In this document: in pieces, positions 40,244-48,470 of the stretch
Numbering within the stretch: the first letter of the stretch is position 1
How the letters are laid out: each line of letters opens with the position of its first letter
Assembly: GCA_021801565.1 (NCBI GenBank)
Contig: JAJYXV010000003.1
Coordinates: forward strand, 132,894-196,893
Direction: 5' to 3'
DNA: 64,000 nucleotides
From: a bacterium
GTDB lineage: Bacteria; Patescibacteriota; Minisyncoccia; UBA6257; GWB1-50-10
Position numbers and translations under genes: made by a program
Notes under the pieces: model-generated
Databases searched by the model: none
Seen by the model: only the letters and a program-made list of their open reading frames with translations
Told to the model about the DNA's origin: nothing

Positions 40244-41605
40244 TTAGCTGACCAATAATATCTCTTTCTCTTTTAGTAGAATTTTGTTTTTTATACAGTT
40301 CAGTAATTCACGCTTTTCTTCAATAGTTCCATGGCTTAAGACGTGATTTGAATACCGCTTTGCATCAAAGTCTTTTTCTAGTGATCCATCATTGTGGATA
40401 TTTAGAAATGATTTTTGGAATTTTGTCATTCGCTTATACTCTTCATCAAATTTCTTTTTGATGACGCCCTCATTCATCTCCAGCTCCCCAATAACTGCGA
40501 CCAATTGCTTGATTACTTCCTCTTCTCGGATATACCCTTCCTTACATTGAAGGTTTCGTGATCGATTGCAACCATAGTAGACATAGTGAGCCACATCGCC
40601 GTTGGCGAGTTTTTTATATTTATCTTCAGCGGTTACGCCTGATCCGCATCGCCCACAAGTCATTATTCGTGAAAATACGAATTGTTTATCTGTGTATTTA
40701 ATTTCCGATCGCTTTAATTTTTCTCGCGCTTTCTCAAACACTTCTCTTGTGATAAGAGGTGTATGTTGTCCCTTATACCAATTTCCACTACCCATCGGAT
40801 ATTCAAACGTTCCATAGAAAAAGGGTGTTTGCAGTAAGCGATAGATGTTACTCAGCGTGAGTGGTTTATTACTCGTTGCACTCCGAAAATTCATATCAAA
40901 TTTCAGCCAGTGATATATTTTTCTTCCGCTCCATCCTTCAAATGCAACTTTCTCAAACATCTGTTTTATAACTGGCGCTCGTTCGGGATCAACCATCACA
41001 TATCCTTTCCGATCAATTCGTTTTTCATTTAAATATCCTGTTGGAGCGGGTGCGGGCCATAATCCCATTTCACAGCGCATTCGCAATCCTCGTTTTACAT
41101 TTACGCTCTTGTTATCATTTTCCAGTTTTGCCTGTGAGCACAAAATCATTAGAAGAAACTTCTCATTCGGAGAATTTGTGAAATGCTGGCCGTATGTTTT
41201 TATCTCGAGCAGCAACTTCTGATCCATAAGATCAACAAGTGATCCCAAATCTCCAGCGTTTCTTGATAATCTATCCGGCGCCCATGTGAGTATCCCTGTA
41301 TATCGTCCGCTTCGAATATCTTTAACGATTTCGTTAAAAACTGGACGCTCGCCAGAATCTTTCGCCGAATGTGATTCTCTCCGAATATCCACAATCTCCA
41401 GTCCATCACGTTCGGCAAGCTGAAGCATCTCTTTAATCTGTGAATCAATAGAGAGAACTTGCCGCTCTTCACTCTCTGTCGATTTCCGAGCATAGAGACA
41501 GTATCTAACCTTTACTGGAAGCTCTGTGGATCTTTGAGCCTGAGCTCCTACCGACCCCACTGATTGTTGTGATGTATTCATACAACACAAGGGAGCCGGA
41601 ACCAT
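40244..41605 (-). CDS. Large serine recombinase (likely start 41581)
   Basis: YARKSTE catalytic motif, DRLSRN, recombinase domain, CGRCG...YYGC zinc ribbon. Confidence 0.95.
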   Translation of the reverse strand: MVPAPLCCMNTSQQSVGSVGAQAQRSTELPVKVRYCLYARKSTESEERQVLSIDSQIKEMLQLAERDGLEIVDIRRESHSAKDSGERPVFNEIVKDIRSGRYTGILTWAPDRLSRNAGDLGSLVDLMDQKLLLEIKTYGQHFTNSPNEKFLLMILCSQAKLENDNKSVNVKRGLRMRCEMGLWPAPAPTGYLNEKRIDRKGYVMVDPERAPVIKQMFEKVAFEGWSGRKIYHWLKFDMNFRSATSNKPLTLSNIYRLLQTPFFYGTFEYPMGSGNWYKGQHTPLITREVFEKAREKLKRSEIKYTDKQFVFSRIMTCGRCGSGVTAEDKYKKLANGDVAHYVYYGCNRSRNLQCKEGYIREEEVIKQLVAVIGELEMNEGVIKKKFDEEYKRMTKFQKSFLNIHNDGSLEKDFDAKRYSNHVLSHGTIEEKRELLNCIKNKILLKEKEILLVS

Positions 41606-41745
41606 TCAAACAAGTCCAGATGTATGAAGTGGATAACTTACTTTACTTCTTTCCTGAAATACGCGAGGAATACAAAATATGGAAATAAAGGTCGAAATGC
41701 GCTAAAATTTATTAACAATTGAATAGCCTTAATATACATAAGGCA

Positions 41746-41883
41746 GGATCTAAACCATCGGAGTAATTCGGTAGCATGATCTAAAAACGTTTCACAGTAT
41801 TAAGCTCCTCGTCAGAGCACTGTGAAACGTCATACAGGGAAACTTGTATGGGTGGAGAAATCCATCGCTGGCGGGGAGCTTTA
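41746..41883 (+). ncRNA. Candidate pseudoknotted structured RNA
   Basis: 12-bp stem whose loop pairs over 14 bp downstream; two GAAA tetraloop hairpins. Confidence 0.6.
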
Positions 41884-41916
41884 TGTTTTCCGCCAGAACA
41901 GAATCACGATGCGAAT

Positions 41917-42915
41917 ATGAATTTAAAGAGTATAAAGATAAACTCAAAAATTTTTATAGCAGGTGGAATAATTGTTCTTATATTACTTGGCATATTGGGC
42001 ACATTTGTTGTGATTGATAAATTTAGAAGTTATCAAAGAGAACAATCAGAAAAAAATGCGCAAGCAACAGAAAATCTTGCTTTGCAACAAAAAACGCTTG
42101 ATGAAGCAAGACAGGAAATCGAGAAACTCAAATCAGAAAATAAAAATATTGACCAAAAAATAGAGCAGAAATCAAATGAATTAAGCCGAGTAGTTGCCAA
42201 AGCAGTGCAGAATAATTCACAGCAGGGATCAGTGGAATCTACGATCCAGGCAAGTGAGATAAATCAGTACCTATCTGGCGTTGGAGAAATTATATGTTAT
42301 GGCGATGTACAGAAAAGTGGGAGCGCTTCGCTTTGGAAGTTTGGTAATGATGGCTATGTTTTAACGAACTACCATGTAATATCAGGTCCAGGAAATTGCA
42401 ATCTAACTATTGATGGTAATGGCGTGTATAAACTTGATAAAACGAGTGTCCGATCATGGAATTCCGCGACCGATGTTGCGGTGGTGAAAATAGCTCCCTT
42501 TGGAGAAATGGCAGATATTTCATCTCCAATATCAGAGTTGAATTACAGCATTTCATATTTAAAGGAGTGTCCGGCAAAAATGCCACTTGGTTCTCCAGTT
42601 ATAGCTATAGGATTTCCGGCATATTCCAGAACCACAACCATGATTAATGGAGTGGCGAGCAGCCACTCTCAACGGACAATTACAAATGGCATTATCAGTG
42701 CGTACGATGATTCGGTTCAAATGCCAATAGGTAGTTTACCTAACGTAAATTATTTTGTTTCAGCAAAAATAGATAGTGGTAACTCCGGAGGTATTACTTT
42801 TTCTAAAAATGAAAACGGTCTTTGTCTTTTGGGCATCCCAACATGGTTATCACTTGGAAAATTTGAAGCAGGAGGTCTCATACAGAATATTTTTAATGTT
42901 TTATACGAGAAATGA
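41917..42915 (+). CDS. Membrane-anchored trypsin-like serine protease
   Basis: TM and coiled coil, LTNYHVI (His), TDVAVV (Asp), IDSGNSGG (Ser). Confidence 0.88.
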   Translation: MNLKSIKINSKIFIAGGIIVLILLGILGTFVVIDKFRSYQREQSEKNAQATENLALQQKTLDEARQEIEKLKSENKNIDQKIEQKSNELSRVVAKAVQNNSQQGSVESTIQASEINQYLSGVGEIICYGDVQKSGSASLWKFGNDGYVLTNYHVISGPGNCNLTIDGNGVYKLDKTSVRSWNSATDVAVVKIAPFGEMADISSPISELNYSISYLKECPAKMPLGSPVIAIGFPAYSRTTTMINGVASSHSQRTITNGIISAYDDSVQMPIGSLPNVNYFVSAKIDSGNSGGITFSKNENGLCLLGIPTWLSLGKFEAGGLIQNIFNVLYEK

Positions 42916-43229
42916 AAAATACTCAAGACTACAAAACTATAGCGGGCGCATGGAAGATTGCTCAAGAATTTGCCGATGCAGAAGCAAAAAATGCAGAATC
43001 TTTTTATTCACTCAATAATACCTTGCCATACAAAAAAGATATTATCGCGTTAGCACTATTAAATCTCCTCACCTCGAATGATTTTAGAAATGAGCTGTTG
43101 TGCAAAGGAGAAGGGGGCGAAAAAATTCTGCAAACAATATCAAGTCTTATGTTCAGCTTAGCTACTGCATATTTTCCAGACGAAACGGAGTATCGAGAAC
43201 TAATCGAGACAAAAAAATTAATGGACTAA
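42912..43229 (+). CDS. Hypothetical protein
   Basis: ORF overlapping the protease stop codon. Confidence 0.55.
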   Translation: MKNTQDYKTIAGAWKIAQEFADAEAKNAESFYSLNNTLPYKKDIIALALLNLLTSNDFRNELLCKGEGGEKILQTISSLMFSLATAYFPDETEYRELIETKKLMD

Positions 43230-44308
43230 GATCTTTTCCTACTTGATGACTCAAGCATTTTTCTAACGGCGGCACCCAAAAGATCTTCGTTTACAATGGG
43301 AACATCAATACAATATCCAGCCATGAAGGGCGAAGTCGGTTCTAATCTTTTGCAGGGACATGGTATTTTTTCTTTTGCGGGAAATTGAGCTATCAATTCT
43401 TTATCACACTCCCTAAGATTGTATCGGAAGGTACCCATATGTAATAGATACTCTTGTCGCCAGACATAATCATCAAGTTTTTCCTGTAGAGTTTTAATAC
43501 TTTCCGGAGTTGAAAATTTTTCTGGCCATAAAATCTTTTCGTGTTTATCGAGCAGAGGGTATGCTCTGAAGGCTCCCTTTAATCTTCCTTTTTCTATATT
43601 TTCTTTTATGTTCATCATAAAAGAATTGGCATGAACAAGATTTCCAACGATCATAATTTTTGTGTTTTCATCGCCGATAGGTAAAATTTCAGATTGGAAC
43701 CATTGATATGTCTCATCTCTTTCGCGTAGGCTAATAGATTTCGCATCTTCAATATCATCAATGATAATTAAATCGGGGCGATGTTGGCCATGTTTAATCC
43801 CTCTAATGCTTTGTCCACTTGAAATAGCAATAATACGAGCTCCCACCAAAGGAAGTTCAATACTCAATGCTCCCCATTCACTTTTATTGTCGATCTTGAA
43901 AGGACCAAGGTCGCCTCGTAATAATTTATTATTTTCCAGTTCATGACATATGTGAGAAAGAAGCGTTTTCACCTGTTGTTGGCTTTTGCTTATCATTACC
44001 ACGCATTTCTTTTGCTGTATTCCTAAGATTGCCCATAACACATAAGAAAGGCTTATAATGGTTGATTTACCTCCGCCTCTGAAGGCCATAATCGCAATAA
44101 CGTTATAGACAGTATCTTCAGTCAATAAAAACATCTCCTTTTGGAATGGAGCAAACTTATAACCAAAATGGTGGTTCAAAAATATGAGAGAAAACCACAC
44201 ATGACTCCTAAAAACGAGATGCCGGCGAACCGCTTTGTCGGTAATGATCTTATCTCTCATTTTTTCAATTTCTGTTTGATTCGAGTTTTTTGAATAGGTT
44301 GAATTCAT
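43226..44308 (-). CDS. Terminase large subunit-like ATPase, no evident nuclease domain
   Basis: AFRGGGKST Walker A, IRG...RPDLIIIDDIED Walker B, W.QEY then divergent tail. Confidence 0.8.
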   Translation of the reverse strand: MNSTYSKNSNQTEIEKMRDKIITDKAVRRHLVFRSHVWFSLIFLNHHFGYKFAPFQKEMFLLTEDTVYNVIAIMAFRGGGKSTIISLSYVLWAILGIQQKKCVVMISKSQQQVKTLLSHICHELENNKLLRGDLGPFKIDNKSEWGALSIELPLVGARIIAISSGQSIRGIKHGQHRPDLIIIDDIEDAKSISLRERDETYQWFQSEILPIGDENTKIMIVGNLVHANSFMMNIKENIEKGRLKGAFRAYPLLDKHEKILWPEKFSTPESIKTLQEKLDDYVWRQEYLLHMGTFRYNLRECDKELIAQFPAKEKIPCPCKRLEPTSPFMAGYCIDVPIVNEDLLGAAVRKMLESSSRKRS

Positions 44309-44706
44309 TTTGGAGAAAATAATTGAATTGCCCTTTCCACAGTCTCCCTTTGCTCTTGGACAAGTTCTTCTTCGACGATGGGTTTTGTGGCAATCTCAAC
44401 TCGTAATGCATATTTCGGATGGTGATGGCGAAGCCATAAGTGGATCGCTGAAAAGTTTTTATCTTTAATCATTGAGATGAGTTGTGCTTCGCTTAGATCA
44501 TTTATCGATTCTTCACCCTCTTCGATCGCTTTATCTATGGCAGAAGCAAATTCTTTATCCTCGATTTTCCATCGATAAAAACTAGCCCTGCTTATTCCTG
44601 CCTTAAGGCATGCAACTTGAATAATCGGAAATTTCTTCAACTGTTCAAGCAAACTTTCTTTTTCTTTTTGTTGACGTTCTTTAATTGTATCGTTATCGTT
44701 TTCCAT
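44305..44706 (-). CDS. Terminase small subunit-like HTH protein
   Basis: ACLKAGISRASFYRWK.ED.EF HTH; AI.LWL; directly upstream of terL-like gene. Confidence 0.75.
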   Translation of the reverse strand: MENDNDTIKERQQKEKESLLEQLKKFPIIQVACLKAGISRASFYRWKIEDKEFASAIDKAIEEGEESINDLSEAQLISMIKDKNFSAIHLWLRHHHPKYALRVEIATKPIVEEELVQEQRETVERAIQLFSPK

Positions 44707-45006
44707 ACTATTTTTATTATTACTTTTTACTCTTCGCCTTGATTGTCACCTTTATAAAAATAAAAAAGGCGTGCCAAAAGAGCTCCGCCTTTTTCTATGA
44801 TTGAAATTGTAATGTTGTAGTCAAAAGACTACACTGCCATTCTACATCTTTTCATAAAAATTTAACATGGTAGAATTGTGAATAACTTTTATATTAATAT
44901 AAATAAGACATTATAGTGTCTCATTTGAATATGGCTTTTCTATGTCTCAATTGTCTCATTTACGAAAAAGCTCCGTCAGACCAGCGGAGCTTTTTATTGC
45001 TATATT

Positions 45007-45246
45007 CTAGCCCTTATATTTTTCTGGATCTTCGCCGTAAGTGTATTCTCTCTCGATTACATTTTTCTTATTATGGATCTTAATCTGACCAAGATTGCAA
45101 TTTTCAAGAATATCTCTTGCGGCCTGGATTGCGTCAAGTTTATTCTGCACTACGACGGCAGCGCGTTGCGTTCCCTCGCGCTTAGCTGCCCATTCAATTC
45201 CATTTTCGGTAAATCGGGGCGTAATGTGGTAAACTACTCTTTTCAT
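45007..45246 (-). CDS. DUF2188-family protein
   Basis: WAAKREG..RA...K.DAI..AR, IKIH....I..E.TYG.DP....G. Confidence 0.85.
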   Translation of the reverse strand: MKRVVYHITPRFTENGIEWAAKREGTQRAAVVVQNKLDAIQAARDILENCNLGQIKIHNKKNVIEREYTYGEDPEKYKG

Positions 45247-45448
45247 GTGCTATACTGTTATTGCATGTAACACGACCTTTGGTCGTAAACGAAAAACCGG
45301 AGCCGTTATCATCGGTTCCGGTTTTTCTAATATTAGTTGTGTATTTGAAGAATCGGAGGAAGGTTAGGTCTTGGTCGCAAAAATTGTGCTTTGAGGTAAC
45401 CTCCGATGATAGGGTCTGACTAGTTCTGACTTTTCAATTTACTCTTAC

Positions 45449-45477
45449 ATTATAGCGCATTTTTCGAAAATTTTCAA
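45449..45477 (-). promoter_or_regulatory. Sigma70 promoter upstream of the DUF2188 leader
   Basis: TTGAAA-17 nt-TATAAT on the minus strand. Confidence 0.7.
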
Positions 45478-45813
45478 TCTTTGATCCGACATAAGCCAAG
45501 ACCTAGAGGGGTCAGAAAAATGCTAGAACGCAACGCAAAAAAGCCTTATACTGATTGAAGAGTTGTGGCACTAGACCACACAACACAGCATATGCAAAGC
45601 CGCTTGCCTTTTTAGGTGAGCGGCTTTGCATTATATTGTTGGTCTGGATTCGAACGGGAAAAGGGTTGGGAAAACGGAAGTTTTCCTGTGGTGGAGGTAC
45701 TGGAACCGCAAGGTGTCAGAAAATTTTGAGAATACAAAATTTTGTTTGATTGCCAGGTCCCGCAGCACTTCGGCAAGCTCAGTGCAAGCACATCTGAGAG
45801 GTATAATAAAAAC

Positions 45814-46102
45814 ATGTGGTATATATGCATGCTTTTTTGTGATCAGAAGACTTTTTACGTCGGGATAACTGATGATCCGAAAAAGAGATTAGTAGAACAT
45901 CGAAGGGGGTGCTCATTTTATACAAAAAAGTTTTCTGATCTAGAGTTCATATTATTGTGAACAATATTCGAGTAAGCATGAAGCTGCCTTGCGGGAAAGA
46001 CAAATCAAGGGATGGGCGAGAGCAAAGAAGCAGATGTTATTAGATGGTAAGCTTGGGTATAATATTTGTACTGAGATTGTCGAAGCTCTTCGGAATGGAT
46101 GA
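45814..46102 (+). pseudogene. GIY-YIG nuclease with single-base frameshift near 45952
   Basis: MWYICML...FYVGITDD..KRL.EH, then in +1 frame YCEQY...AALRERQIKGWARAKK. Confidence 0.85.
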
Positions 46103-46125
46103 CTTGCCCTGAGTATACCGAAGGG

Positions 46126-46141
46126 AATCCCTGTCCGGCAG
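46126..46141 (+). pseudogene. tRNA-Gln 3' relic
   Basis: AATCCCTGTCCGGCAG, 13/16 to intact 3' end; TCCGGCA complements TGCCGGA at 37289. Confidence 0.7.
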
Positions 46142-47140
46142 CACGAGTCGGTGCAGTATCGAGTGAGAATGGAGAGCGTCATTGTAAGCGACTCTCGTCT
46201 CGTGGTTCAAGGCAACCAAGACCCATACCCTTTTCCTAGAAATCGAACTAAAATTAAAAATTATATTTAGGAATTATGAATTTAGCCGTTTTATTTTGGT
46301 TTTATAAAGAGCCAGAAGTTTGCGAAAACAGATTACAGCTTATTAAGAAATATAATTCTAATCTAAAAATTTATGGACTTTTTGGTGGCGAGCTCTCGGA
46401 TACTGAAATATATAAAGAAAAACTAGGAAGATATTTGGATGATTTTTATGTGTTTGATTCAAATAAAAATGTTGACTGGAAATGGATTAATGGTGATTTG
46501 ATGATTTTGGATTGGTATAACGAAAAGGGCAGAAATTTAAACTGGGATAGTATTGTCGTCGTCCAATGGGATATGCTTATTTTTGACTCTTTATTAGATC
46601 AATTTTCTGGAATAAATAAGAACCAAATTTATCTGTCTGGATTAAGGAACTTGGATAAAGAAATTGAAAACGAATGGGATTGGACGAAACCGGGTGAAAA
46701 AGAAAGGCAAAATTATCTAAATTTTCTGAAGTATGTAAAAAAGAATTACGGATATGCAGACGATCCACCTCTTTGCAGCTTGTTTATTCTTCAGGTTTTT
46801 CCAAAAATATTTTTTGAAAAATATCTGACGGTAAAAAATAAGGAAATTGGCATGCTTGAATATAAAATTCCAATTTATGCCAAAATATTCAGAATTCCAT
46901 TTTATAAAAAAGATTTGGGTACCCGATGGAACGATGATCCAAAACCTCTAAATGCAATACCGGAAGAAATTTCGAGTGACTACATTAAAGAGGAACTTAT
47001 CAAAAAAGACGGTTGGAGAATTTTCCATCCTTATTATAAAATTTGGCTAAATTTCTAAGCGGGGTTTGAACCTACCACGGGTTTTAACTCGAGAGTCGGC
47101 CAGCACGAGTCGGTGCAGTATCGAGTGAGAATGGAGAGCG
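46139..47140 (+). repeat. 40-bp perfect direct repeat (46139-46178 and 47101-47140); partial copy at 37661-37685
   Basis: CAGCACGAGTCGGTGCAGTATCGAGTGAGAATGGAGAGCG. Confidence 0.92.
46276..47058 (+). CDS. Hypothetical protein (possibly glycosyltransferase-like)
   Basis: 260-aa ORF; VVQWDML and IFHP motifs. Confidence 0.7.
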   Translation: MNLAVLFWFYKEPEVCENRLQLIKKYNSNLKIYGLFGGELSDTEIYKEKLGRYLDDFYVFDSNKNVDWKWINGDLMILDWYNEKGRNLNWDSIVVVQWDMLIFDSLLDQFSGINKNQIYLSGLRNLDKEIENEWDWTKPGEKERQNYLNFLKYVKKNYGYADDPPLCSLFILQVFPKIFFEKYLTVKNKEIGMLEYKIPIYAKIFRIPFYKKDLGTRWNDDPKPLNAIPEEISSDYIKEELIKKDGWRIFHPYYKIWLNF

Positions 47141-47243
47141 AAGTTTTGAGCCAGGGCTCTCTTATTATCAGCTCTAAACGTTTGAGATCTATAACCTTTC
47201 TTGGATAAACAAAAACCACTCAAGTGATAAGTACTTAAGTGGT

Positions 47244-47825
47244 TTATATGGTTTTCTTCGTATATTTCTTCATCAGGAAAAGCATGAAAGAAATAATGAA
47301 GATAGTACGTACAGAGTAAATCATCGCAAGAACATTGCCGTGCTGGTAGGCAGGATAGAATGCAATTGCTCCGGCTAAGAGGAATAGAGTCCAATTAGTG
47401 AACGACTCGTGATTCTCTTTCGTGTGAATTAATTTATGCAGTGTCGGAAAATATCCGACTAGAATAAGTGTTTGCACCAAAAGATTCGTCGCAAATGCAT
47501 TCTTTGAAAATACCCAGAAGCAGACGATAATACCAGCCACGATTAAATAAATCCGTTCGAATCTTTCTAATTTGATGGTGCTTCTCTTAAGTAATGAACC
47601 CAGAATGATAACACACATCAGAAAATCCCCGAGACTGTAAGCGTTGCTTACAAATTCCCACGAGGTAACTGAAAAGACCGAAAGAACGTTTAATAGGGTA
47701 GCACACACGAATACAATCCACGTGCCAATCGCCGGGGCAGTCGTGCTTGCGAGAATATCTCTTACGTATCGATATCCGGCATAAAAATATATGATGGACA
47801 ATAGTATGAGAGATAAACCTTCCAC
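47244..47825 (-). CDS. Multi-pass membrane hypothetical protein
   Basis: Seven hydrophobic segments, AAGGAG upstream. Confidence 0.75.
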   Translation of the reverse strand: MEGLSLILLSIIYFYAGYRYVRDILASTTAPAIGTWIVFVCATLLNVLSVFSVTSWEFVSNAYSLGDFLMCVIILGSLLKRSTIKLERFERIYLIVAGIIVCFWVFSKNAFATNLLVQTLILVGYFPTLHKLIHTKENHESFTNWTLFLLAGAIAFYPAYQHGNVLAMIYSVRTIFIISFMLFLMKKYTKKTI

Positions 47826-47954
47826 TGCGTCATCTCCTTATGTAGTTTGTAAAATTTTGAACTGTTTATAGTATAGCACTATTATATCAAATTTGTCAAG
47901 TTTCATTCTTGAGATATTAGTTTGTGATACAATAATATCAACTTTATTTTATAT

Positions 47955-48389
47955 ATGGATCTAGAAGTAAACATACAAGATACGATTTTGAATATCAGAG
48001 TTGCAATTTTGATTAAAACGAAAAATGGTTTTGTGCTCGAAAAAAGTCCGAACGGATATTTTTATTTTATTGGGGGAAGAATAAGAATAAATGAAACCTC
48101 AGAAGAAACCGCGAAAAGAGAAATTCTTGAAGAGATGAGCATTAAAATTGAAAAATTAACATTTAAAACCATCATCGAAAACTTTTTTATATCAAAAGAG
48201 AATCAGTCTATTCATGAAATCTGCTTTGTTTACATAGCCGATGATGAATTAGAAATACATGATTTAATGCCAGGTCACGTAGAATGTCCGAGTGCCGATT
48301 TTAGAAACATGGATATTAGGCCAAAAGTTATAAAAGATTATATTTTGAATAACGACAATAGATCACATGTCATTTTTAAGGATTTTTGA
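47955..48389 (+). CDS. NUDIX hydrolase
   Basis: GGRIRINETSEETAKREILEE Nudix box. Confidence 0.9.
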   Translation: MDLEVNIQDTILNIRVAILIKTKNGFVLEKSPNGYFYFIGGRIRINETSEETAKREILEEMSIKIEKLTFKTIIENFFISKENQSIHEICFVYIADDELEIHDLMPGHVECPSADFRNMDIRPKVIKDYILNNDNRSHVIFKDF

Positions 48390-48470
48390 TGGCTCTTGTC
48401 GCATTGTTTTGGTGCGTTTAATATATCACTCGAATATTTTGGTCTATTTTCTCTCTGGCCTCTAAAAATT

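Larger units (their letters stand above)
37664..45765. mobile_element. Integrative island at the tRNA-Gln 3' end
   Basis: tRNA 3' end CCAGGTCCCGCAG(CAC) duplicated at 45753-45768; carries a large serine recombinase. Confidence 0.8.

Noticed and set aside
46139-47140. 40-bp repeat as a CRISPR array
   Set aside because: Only two full copies, separated by a whole gene
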